Shown here piece after piece: positions 26,738-37,861 of a stretch of DNA of 64,000 bases. The notes below the pieces were generated by a model. It searched no databases, was not told where the DNA came from, and worked only from the letters and a program-made list of their open reading frames with translations. Made by a program: the position numbers and the translations under genes. The DNA lies in contig OZ316775.1 of the NCBI GenBank assembly GCA_973851085.1, forward strand, positions 7,688,001-7,752,000, in the 5' to 3' direction. The DNA comes from Ptychomitrium polyphyllum (lineage: Eukaryota). Position 1 is the stretch's first letter, and every line of letters starts with the position of its first letter.

Positions 26738-28331
26738 TGTTGGCCTAAATTAACCTTTGCTATATAAAAGGCCAATTTAATTCATACAAATCTATTTAAG
26801 CTATGGTTATCTAAGTTGCGTTGTAGTCTAAGGTCAACTTTGATTAGATTAGAATCAAATTCATAATTGTTCAAGTCTTATCATACATTAATGAACATCT
26901 GACTAGAAGTGTAATAAAATAACTATATGCTAAATTAATATTTGTTTACTACAACTCTAAAGACTTAATATTTAAAAGGCTTTAATGAGTTGATTGGCCC
27001 TGATTTAAAAAGGTATTTTTTCTTATTTAGTGGTCAAAACCACTAGCCACAAAACTATTACTCTAATCATGATCACAACACTTTCCGCTTAAGGCAGCAA
27101 GACCTCCTTACACCAAATTGGATGCCATGGGCGCCTCACAACTTTAAATCTTATGATCTTGGTGTTTATAGAATTACAACTACTTGATCTAATTTCTTTA
27201 AAAATTTCAAAACCTGATCTTTAAAGGCAAGAGAGAAAAAAACCAAAATCTAAGGGCAAGTTTCAACCTTAAGTAGGCGCAATAAAATTCCTAGCTGTAG
27301 ACCTTGTTGTACCAAATCAACCGCCATCCACGTTTTATAGCTCCAAATCTTGTGATTTTGGTGTGTATAAAGTCTTTACAACTTGATATATCCTCTCCAA
27401 TAATTCTTGCTCTATTTGGAATTGTATGCGCAATGATCTGCTCCTCCAAAGTCAAGTATCTTGAGCTACAACAGCAGCCAACCTCCTTCAACTAAAAATG
27501 CCGCCATTGCCTTGTCTTTTATTGGAATTGGGCAACTCTTAGCTTATTAAAATTCTTACTTTTTCTGTCTCCTTCCTATTAAAACATACTATCATGACTA
27601 TTGTCATTTATTTGCAATCTCCTGTCAAAGTTTTGGCATTTCCCACTTTTACCCTCACTCTCTTCTCCTGTTTCTCCTTCTTTTTTCCTCGGCCAGCTTT
27701 CTATTTTACCATTGAGCCCTAAATTTTGAACTCCAGCATCTAATTTAAGACTAAGCCGCATTATTTCAATGATAAGGTGGATTCCTAACCAATCTCAACC
27801 ATTGATAACTCCTTGCACTAACTTGGATGGTCATATTAACTTAATTTATGTTCCAATCTACTTACAATTGACTTCAATTAACTTATCTAAGTTTCCGGTA
27901 ATTAAATATTAACTTGTTACTAAATTTTTGTAGCCTATCAGTGATTTGGTTCTAAATACTTGTAAAGTTTTTTTTTTTTTTTTGTATTTTGTTTGCACTT
28001 GATTATAGCAAGTGTTCTTCAATTCTGTTAGCTAGAAGAAATTCATCTAGAACCTCCTTGTTCAGCTTGCTAATCTAACCATAATCCCTAGTAATTAATT
28101 CCTCTAAAATATCAATTAAGTCTAACCATGAATTCATTTCTATGCCATATATAATAATTTAAATGAATTTTTGTTAATTTTCATGATTCTAATTAGCTTA
28201 ATCATCCTTAAGCTTAATTAATCAACATAATGACTCTACTTGATACTATTATGAGTCTATTTCCAAAAAATTAATGCTAATAGTTAACAATTAATGAAAA
28301 TTAACCAATTGAACTGATTCTTTGGCTCATA
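26738..28331. mobile_element. Probable solo LTR (~1.6 kb) inserted in family A RNase H
   Basis: Interrupts the motif KFSA|AEINYDIHDKEL. Begins TGTTGGCC and ends GGCTCATA; the TSD is only partial (gcggc/actgc). Confidence 0.6.
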
Positions 28332-31088
28332 ACTGCAGAGATCAACTATGATATACATGATAAGGAATTATTTGCAATTGTGGATGCATTTAAGGAATGG
28401 CAACACTTGTTGCAAGGAGCTCATTATACGATCACAATATATACATACCACAAGAACTTAGAGTATTTCATAAAAATGCGTGTTTTGAATTGCGGTCAAG
28501 TAAGGTGGAATGTCTTACTTTCCAAATTTGACTTTATCATTAGCTATCAACCTGATAGCATACAAGGTAAGCTTGATGCCTTATCTCGAAGATCTTATTT
28601 AGTTCCTCAACCTAAAAATGATGTTTTGAATCAACAAAGGATTATTTTATTGAAGCCATACAATCTTCAATTGAAAGTAGCGATTATTACGTCAACATTC
28701 CATCTTGACAAAATTTGGAGGGCTTTAGAAAATGACTTTTTTGTTTCAAATATAAGAAAGCGCCTTAAAAAAAACTAAGATCCTTTAAATAACGATGAAG
28801 ATTTTGATTTCCAAAAGAGCCTACTTTATTATAAAGGACTTTTGTACCTACCTCCAGGTCCTATGCAATTGAAAATCTTTTAAGCACGCCATGGTTTTCA
28901 ACATCAAGGCATTTTGGATTCAATAAAACAATGAAGTTAATTTCTAGAGACTATTAGTGGCCGCAAAAGTGAAAATATGTGAAGGACTTTGTTTGATCAA
29001 GCAACACTTGCGCAAGGGTCAAGGTACCAAGACACCGACCTCATAGTTTCTTCCATTCGCTTCTGTACAAAAGGGTCCATGGTTGCCATTGTCAATAAAT
29101 TTTATTACGGACCGTCCAAACTCCGATTCTTTAGATTCTATTTTGGTAATAGTAGATTGGATTACCAAGATGACGCATTTTATTCCATGCAATAAGACAG
29201 TAACGGAAAAAGAAACTGCCAAGTTGTTTCTAAATCACGTCTACCGCATATATAGACTACCAAATGATATTGTATCCAATCGAGGGCCGCAGTTCATTTT
29301 CAACTTTTGGAAGGCTCTATTTCAGCTATTGCGCGTAAAGATCAACTTTTCTTCACCACACTATCTGTAGACTAATGGTCAAACTGAATATGTAAATCAA
29401 ATTTTGGAGCAATACCTTCGTTGTAGCATAAACTACTAGCAAAACAATTGGATGGACCTCCTATCTTTGGCAGAGTTTGCTTACAACAATACAATGCATT
29501 CTTCAATAATTCAAAGTCCATTCCTTGCAAACTATGGCCATCATCGTCAAGTAGATCCATTTCAAGTCAAGCATGTTGGAAGTCATGCAACAGAGGATTT
29601 TGCAGCTCAACTTGCTAAAATCCACCAAGAATTTGTTGTCTAGTTACAACAAATTTAAGATTGGTACAAAACTTATGCAAATCATTTTTGGAAGGACCAT
29701 CCAAAGTTGAAGGTTGGAGATGGCGTATGGCTCCTACAACAAAACATACAAACAAAAAAACCGTCAAAGAAGCTAGACTATCAAAAGTTGGGACCATTTG
29801 AACTCAACAAATAAATAAGTCCGGTTAGTTATCACCTCAAATTACCACCAACCATGCAAATTCATCCAATGTTCCACGTATTGTTGTTGGAAACTTACAA
29901 CAAGTCATGTATGCTAGAGAGGATTGTCCTTCCACCTCCTCAGATGGAAATCAATAATGAAATGGAGTATGGAGTTGAAGAGATCTTAGATTCACGCATC
30001 AAGAATGGACATGTGGAGTACTTCATACATTGGCAAAGATATGGCATCAATGACCAAACATGGAAACTTTTGATGTATGTAAGAAATGCATCTGAGAAAG
30101 TATACAAATTTCATGAAAAATATCCTCAAAAACCAGGTCAGTGATGACGTGTTATCAATAGCCGTTAGCTTCACAAAGAGGTTTTTTCCAAAGGCAAGTA
30201 TAAAAAAAGGGAAGAGATATTCAAACCTGCAATTGTATGCAGCATTATTTCTAAGATAGATCATTTCTAGATTTTAGTTAATATGTCAAATCTTTGTATT
30301 ATCATAGATATGTGTAAAGAGCAGTTGGTTGTACCTTCTTCAAATGCAGCACCTATTGAATCAACTCAAATTTTTCAACCTTTTATATTGAAGGATCTAA
30401 GCCAAGATATGAGAAAGACATTCCAACGTCAAATGCAACATCATGCTAAAGTAGTGGTTAGTTGCACTTCATGCTATTATTTAATGATGAATAGAACTAA
30501 TTGAAAGAATTTTTATTTCAACCCTTGTTGAGTGCATTCTTAAAATGCTTCTTCTGAAAACCACAATTTGCATTATACATAATTGTATACTAGTTTTTAT
30601 TTGATAATACAATTTTGATATTCTAAATTAATGCATGTTTATGGATTTATAATCTTTAAGTTTAGTATAGTACAATTTAAAGAACCATATTATATACTAT
30701 ATTATTGTAATGTTTTATTTTTAAATAAATATCATTTCTATTTTGATTTAGATGTGTAAGCTTTAATCATCTTATTAGATTGGAAGAGTCATTCTTGGAG
30801 GATGGAAAATCCTGTTAGAGGATATTTTGAAGGACTTAATCAAGATTAAATTCTAGATAAGGACATTTCAACAACAAAAGTCTTGGCTAGTGGTCACTGG
30901 CGCTTCTTGCAAGGACGAGTTGAATTAGTGGGCAAAGAACAACAAGTAGAATATGTTGTTTTTCTTCTTTATTAAATTTTGGAATTTGTGGAGATGTGAC
31001 GAGTAAGCCTTAAGAAGAGCTTTTCATAAAACTTGTTGCTAAAGGAGGAGATAATGTCACAGGCATAGATCATGCAATATAGTCTTTA

Positions 31089-31106
31089 GAACCTTCTAGA
31101 ACCTTC
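31089..31106. promoter_or_regulatory. Perfect four-unit heat-shock-element consensus inside the family A 3' LTR
   Basis: GAAccTTCtaGAAccTTC equals alternating nGAAn inverted pentamers. Function untested. Confidence 0.45.
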
Positions 31107-33277
31107 TAATATAGAATAGTAGCTTCTTAGAGCACTTTCAATGTCTCCATAGCCATTTTCACCTCCTTGAAAAACTTCTTAGGATGGTTCCATCAGCTTA
31201 GGAAACTTCCTAGAAAAGTTTTACCACCTTAGAGAAGTTCTTGGAAAGATTCTACCACCTCAGAATACTTCTTGGGAAGGTTCCATTACGTCAAAATACT
31301 TCCTAGGAATATATTGGCTTTTTTAAGAACCGTATAGGAAGGTTCCACTACGTTAGGAAATTCCCAAAGAAGGTTCTTATTCTTTGGAAGCTTCTTAGGA
31401 AGGTTTTAGTATCTTAGGGAATTTCTTAGTAAGGTTCCATAGACTTCTTGAACATTCTTAAGCCTTGTAGGAAGCTTCTTTAGAAGTATCCTATGAAATA
31501 TAAGCGTCATAGTATAAATAGGAGGCAAGACAAGGTATTTCTAATCTTGGCAATATAAGTTGTGGATCATCTTGTATCTTGCCTTGTTTTAGTCTTTGTA
31601 TGAAGTTCTTATTTTATCATTAGCTCTTTGGAAGCTAATTCTAGTGAAACACTTTGTTTTTGCTTCTTGTTGCTTGTGTTTCCAAAAAAACATAAATTTG
31701 CTAGATTTGATTTTTTTATTAGTTCAATTTCAATAAAATAGTATTAGCATGTATAGATAAATCAACAAAATTGAGTCATTTTATAGTTATAACTACCAAA
31801 GGCATGCCCTTTCAAATATAGACATTATGGCTATTTAAAAAAGCTATTTAGCGATTGGAGTATTCAATTAAATAGGATAAAATTATGTTATATATTGTAG
31901 AATAAAATTATGCCATATCCATTATTTTGCTTCTTCACATTAATGGCCAAATTCTAAAGATTCTAGAAGCTATGTTAAAGCGTTATGTTAATTTAATTTA
32001 TGATGATTGGAATATGTATTTATTCTTAATTTAATTTACTTATAAAAATATTAAGCAAGAATCAAAAATTGAATCATGATTAACATCTCTTTTATAAAGG
32101 ATTTTGTGCAATCAATGGCTAATATATTGCAAGAAGCTTGAAGTTAAATAAACAAAATAAATAAAGGAGTATATTAATAGAAGAAAAAATAAATATTTTT
32201 TAATATTATAGTTTAAGTCTTATTAAATGTGCCTAACATTAAATTATAGAGTCTAAGAATAAAGAAGTTGCTTCATAGATGTAGTTTTCTTTTTATTAGA
32301 TTAAAAAGAATAAACAATGTAGCTTACAAGTTGAAATTGTCAAATAAATTGAAAGTATACCTTAAGTTTCATATTTCATTTTTAAAGCCATATAGGACTT
32401 CAAATAAAATACAACCACTACCATAGTTATTGTGCTTCCATCAATCCTTGAATAAGATAAAAAATTCTTATTTAAAGTTGGATGAATTCTATTTGAAGTG
32501 AAGAAATAAACCGAAGTATAAAAATTTACTTCATAAATGGCTTAGATATAGATTCAAAAGTATATGACAAAATGTCCTTTTAGTTTTCATAAGTGCACAC
32601 TATACTATAGTATAATATATAATAAAAAATGCTTTGAATTTATATAATCTATTGGTTTTGAATCATATTAAAAATAATTATATTCAAATTTCATTATGAT
32701 GTAAGTAGTGATTTATAATAAAATCTTTGCAATAACAAATTTTGAATTTCATTTGTTGAAAAGGTTTCAAGAATTACCTTCTATATTAACATAAAAGATG
32801 GTATATGATTGTGAAGTTCAAGGAAAATTTCAAGGAGAATATTATAACATATTTGGAAAGTGGTATTCATTATAAACAATTTTGTAACATGAATTCATTC
32901 ACAACATCTCTCATAACTTGTTCAAATAGATATTAACCACCTCTAAGTGGAAAATGGAGTTGATTACATTCCAATGCAAAGTTAGAGAAGGTAACTGATA
33001 ATTACACTTAGGTGAATGGTTGTGGAAAACATTGTACAAACTAGTCATGCACCACCTGCAAATATGTTACAAGATGTACACTGAGTAATGCTGTTCGCAA
33101 CAATGGTCCACTACTCCATCCAACGTGCACATTTCCAGAATCATGCTGTCAAAATTTCAGATGATCAACCTTTGGATGCTCAAACTCAGTGGGAACCTGC
33201 AACAGATACTACAAGAGTGAGCACTGATTTGCAAGCCGGCGAAGACTACCTTTTGCAGATAGACAATATGTTTACCC

Positions 33278-36249
33278 TCAAGGCGATGCAAATGCTGTTT
33301 GATCCGGCAGCAATGTCGACCACGCTTGCTTCTTCTGCATCAGAGACGAAGTGTCTAGCATCTCAACCTCTGGAGAGCCAGGCATAGCATACTCCTCTGG
33401 AGTGCCAGGTATGGTAAACTGCTCTTCACTGTTAGCAATATCTTCCAAGTCCAAATCTTGGATCAGCACACCATGCTTATCCATATTGGCAGTCAAAGTG
33501 CTATCATTTGAGATATCCGACTCAAACTTGCCGTCTGAAATGGTCATGTGGCACGCTAGCTCCGCCCACAAGTCTTTGGAAAATGCACTGGACTCGGTCA
33601 TAGTGCTGGAATCGCTATTGGATCGGTGCAGCCCAGGCAGATTACCCACGTCGGGTAACTTAGGGTCGAAGTTGTCTAGATCCTCCACACCGAGGTCGAA
33701 GTCGTTGAACTCGATCTGCTCCTGCCGAACCTTTTCCAGATCAGTGGCCTTATTGGGCTCCGTGTGGGCACCGTCTGCCAGCCAACTGCTGGAAGATTCC
33801 GGGAGAATGGCCTCTGCTGCCAGCCTTCGAGGAGATTGCCCTCCGACAATTGCCTCCGCCAGCTTCCGCGGAGAGCCTGAATCTGCAGTGTCCAGTGCGT
33901 CGTCCGGACCATCGGGTGTGGTCCCTGATGCTGCACTCTCGGTCGATGGTTGCCCTCCAAGATTCAACTTGCGTGTCAGAATTGGCTCAGGTTGGTGGTA
34001 ATTCCGGCTACCTGCCATCCATTCATAAATACAAACCTCTTCTCGTGAGCAAGTTGGTAAATAAATACTTATGACCTCATGTCCTGTATTAAACTATTAT
34101 TAGTTGCTCATTGTATATTCTACCTAACAGGCATGCACCAAACATCTCCGCTGAGCACTTAACCTCAGCTCATTGTAGGGTTCACTTGTCTATTCAGTAT
34201 ATATGTTTTTACAAAGTATAAGTACTACTGTAATTAATCAGCAGAGTAATGGCTAACACATTTACAATTCCATCCTCAATATACAGGTCATTTTGAAGTT
34301 CTTATTATCACGAATACATGAACGAGTTATGGCTACAAGGTGAAAATCATCTCAAACCGCTGCTACAACAAAGCCATGACTATAAAGAGCGACGAAAATG
34401 TAATTGCGAAGCAGGCTAAAGAGTGATTACGCACGATAAAAATAGAAACTTTTTCACTCGCATCTGCAGAGGTCACCAAATGCTTTTCCAAAAATGATAC
34501 ACACAACTAAGGCCAGATATTGATTGGGACGAATGGAATTCTCTCGTCAAATTGAGCAAGGTCATTGTGATGACCAATTTATCCTAATTCACCTACTACG
34601 AATTTATTTTGTGAAGTACATTCACCTATACAAGAAGAGGCTAGAGAAGTGGAGGATTATGTTGTTTAGTGAACCTGAGCTGGAAGTTGAGGTTGGTTTT
34701 GGAGGTGGTGGCGGGGAAGGCGCAGTTGGGTCCTTGTCTGGCAAATTGAGGAGGGCATTGGCGCCATATAACACGCGTGCAGCTTCATCATACGCGAGCG
34801 CTGCCTCCTCCGCGGTTCCATAAGTGCCTAACCAGAGCCTGGATCCGCGATTAGGCTCCCGAATTTCAGCCACCCACTTGCCCCAAGTTCGTTGCCTGAC
34901 CCCTCGGTAGCTGCATTGAGCATTCTCAGGGCCACCTTTCCCCTTCATGCATCCCTTCTTCGACCCCTTGGCCGGTGCTTTCCGGATGGTTTTGCGAGGG
35001 CCATGGCTCACATTGAAATCGGCTGGGTCTCCTTGCTGGAGCCCCAGCCCGAGTCGATTCACTGCACCACCGTTTTGGCTCGCCCACCATGCCAGCGTTT
35101 CTGCCACAGTGCTCCCATGCTGAGTGTTCGCTGACGTCGCCCGCTTCCGACGCCGACCCCGCGTGAAATTGATGCTCTGCAGACCCAGCTGCTGCGGTTT
35201 GTTTCCTCCGGAATCCAGTGTGAACCAATTGTTCTTCTCACCCCTATTTCTTGGCTGACCCCACAATCAGTAATTTCCGCCCAATGCCAACCCAACAGAC
35301 CCCTCCTTCGTTTCGTCCCACACTGCTGCTTCAGACCTAAATGTTCACATTGAAGAATGGGCAGCCTCTCCTTCATGCAGAGTTTGAAACATCCTTGCTT
35401 CAAGAAACTTTTTTCCTGCGTCAGTATAAGTGTAGAATTTTCTAGGGTCCAACTTCCTTCTCTATACGAACTTCTGGTCCAATATTGAGGCCTCAAACCC
35501 CTTCTAGAAACCCACCAAGGACTAGCTGTCAAATGAGGTTTGGGCCCCCTTCAATCTTCTTTACGATTCTCCACTAGAATGTCGTACACAAGTACAAAGG
35601 AATGTTGGAGAGGCTGTGATGACCAGCATAACTATTCCAAGAATCATGCAAAGTGAATTATGATGATAGATCCGTGTCTCTAGATGCTCTGCATCTGGGT
35701 CGACTCTAAGCCCTAAACATTGATTTACCGCTGCGTCCGGACTTTCGTTTGCAACTCGTCTACACCTCCTCCAAGGGTCTTTTCCACCTTTCCAATAGGT
35801 TCGTTCCCTGTGGCCACTCACGCCAATCTCAAATTAGGAAGATTACCCAAAAACTTTCCACCCCTCAAAACACTGGGAGAAGAGAACAATCAACCCCGAC
35901 GAGCTAATCAACACACACACACACACACACACACATAGACACCGAGCCTACAAATTGTGCCTACAAATTGTGCGTCACAGGGACCGAAGCAGATTTCACG
36001 GGTGTTTCAAAAAGTACAAAACTTCAGACGTGCACCAAACAGCACACCAAAGAACCCCGCTAGACCTATCTGATGCAACTGGAACAAAAAACTTTCCAAT
36101 CTCACTATCCATGAAGAATTTCCCAAGACTGATCGCGCACGTATGTCTGTGCCAATCATAAGTGACCTCGACTTCAAAATCGTCAACAGAAGAGACTGGT
36201 CCTAAATTCTTGCACTAACCTGCAACAACGCATCCACTGCCTCTGACAT
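33278..36249 (-). CDS. DREB2: DREB2-type (A-2 subgroup) AP2/ERF transcription factor; proposed exons 36220..36249, 34675..35254, 33278..34011 (447 aa + stop)
   Basis: DREB2 signature [21 protein letters not shown] followed by the AP2 domain [45 protein letters not shown]. Basic NLS-like RRRKR, an S/T/P-rich segment after AP2, and an acidic C-terminus. Intron 2 is a phase-1 GT-AG. Exon 1 ([16 protein letters not shown]) is inferred and splices in frame; total length 1344 nt. Confidence 0.88.
35911..35935. repeat. (AC)12 microsatellite in DREB2 intron 1
   Basis: Direct read. Confidence 0.95.
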
Positions 36250-36503
36250 AGTCAAAAGTCTAATCTTTGCACACGATATCCACCCAAATGATCCACAAAG
36301 TCGACTTCTGGAGAAGAGAGTATAGAGAGGACGTAAGAGGGGGATAGGGAGAATGCAAATGGGATGGTTACCAGGCAGTAGTGAGGAGATTGAGGGAAGA
36401 GAGTGACCAGGCTGCAGGAGAGGCCAACGCCGTGAAAGAGAGAAGATGGGAGACGAAGGGTGCATTTGTGTTACCATGCAGCGGATGAAGAGAGGTGGCA
36501 GCT

Positions 36504-36536
36504 CCACGTGGTGGGTGTTCAAAGTAGGAGGACGTC
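36504..36536. promoter_or_regulatory. G-box/ABRE-like CCACGTGG and C-box GACGTC upstream of DREB2
   Basis: CCACGTGG at 36504-36511 and GACGTC at 36531-36536, about 260 bp upstream of the proposed ATG. Further ACGTG cores at 37359, 37456 and 37472. Confidence 0.4.
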
Positions 36537-37861
36537 AATGCGACTGACATACCATACAAGCCAAAAATGAAAGAACTATTCCAAGCAATGAATGGGCCAA
36601 TCAGAGAACAACTCTCCTTTTGGTGAGTCTTTTCCGTAGCAGGTGACTCATCCTTTGTCTTCCGCAGCGTTTTACTTAAGGTGGAGGCGCTCATTTCCGC
36701 CACTTTAAGCAGACAAGGTCACCTCGGATACGATGTAGATTTCGGATATGACGATGTTCAGTAGCGATAGATGTCAGTTATTTGTCCTCCTTGAATTCGA
36801 CTTTCTTAAAGATAGTGCAAGTCAAGCAGGGAGTAGATGAGTTATTGCAGGTCCAAAGGAGCTCCATCCTTCATATTGACGAGAGGACCGACAAGATTTT
36901 TGTATGTTGATGTGAAGGAATGGATCCAGCTGACACTTGACAGATGGGAAGGAGACTCCAAAACCACCATCCACGATCCTCTCTGTGGAAAATAATTACA
37001 AAACCTGAGAATATGAACTGCTTTGAACAGGGCCTTGGTATGAGTTACTAAGTCAAGTTTGGCGACAAGTGGTCCAGTAATAACCAAGTACTAGCAGCAA
37101 CCAAGCTCCTTGAAGTAAGGTGTTTGAGCAGTGAAAGTACACATTACACGGAGTATACTCATCAAAGGCAAGATATTTAGAGTGGGACATCTTCAGATTC
37201 TGAAGACATTTGAGGTTTATCCACAACAAACCAGTCAAAAAGGAACCAGGCTTCCTGGATAGACCTCAGTACCTAGCAGAAAAAAACGAATGCTTAGTTC
37301 AACAACCGGACTGGATGATACCTCGCCAGCTTATTACCCTAGCGTGGCAATCATACATACACGTGTAGGTGTCACACACCCTCCGGCGATCCACTAGCTG
37401 CCACTTGGCCTACAATCCCATTCCACATAGGGAAGCATGTGGGACACAGATCAGGTACGTGTTCGTCGTTGTACGTGCCACATGGCAGCTGTTGTGCTGA
37501 GTGTCTCTCCGAACTATCGTCCACTGTGAAAAGTCCCGCTTCCTTGCGGCGAAATTAGAATGCTCACCACCAACGATACAACCGTTTTCTGCCGTCTGAT
37601 GATGGGCTACTTATAGCATAGAAGTTTGTGCACTGTCGGTAGGAAAACTGAACTACTCCCATGACCCAGAAGTAGGCACGATGCGGTTGACATTGCATGT
37701 GGGCGATAACTTCAAAGTCCTACATTTCAGGAATTGGGGTTTGCGTCCGCCTCTTGATTTGAATATACAGCTCCTCAATTGCGGAAACAAGAACTATCAC
37801 CCAAAGTAAAAGGGTTTTTCAGGGTTGCAAGACGGAAATTTGAGATGTAAGTTTGTCAACG

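Larger units (their letters stand above)
21464..31692 (+). mobile_element. Degenerate Ty3/gypsy chromovirus LTR retrotransposon (family A; Tf2/Tcn1-like pol) with nested insertions
   Basis: 5' LTR 21464..22397 and 3' LTR 31055..31692 are homologous but diverged. PPT aaaggaggaga at 31041; flanks tagat/taaat are a likely decayed TSD. Internal remnants in order: gag knuckle (CLYCSKFGYKLHDC), protease (ALLDTSATACFMD), RT (PYDCAIKL..KKKDGSLRMYIDY), RNase H (DAFKEWQHLLQG), integrase (DFIT-like INFITDRP, SNRGPQF), chromodomain (EYGVEEILDSR..EYFIHW). Many stops and frameshifts. Confidence 0.9.

Noticed and set aside
33351..34001. 216-aa plus-strand ORF
   Set aside because: Antisense shadow of DREB2 exon 3; Ser-rich and without a recognisable domain.
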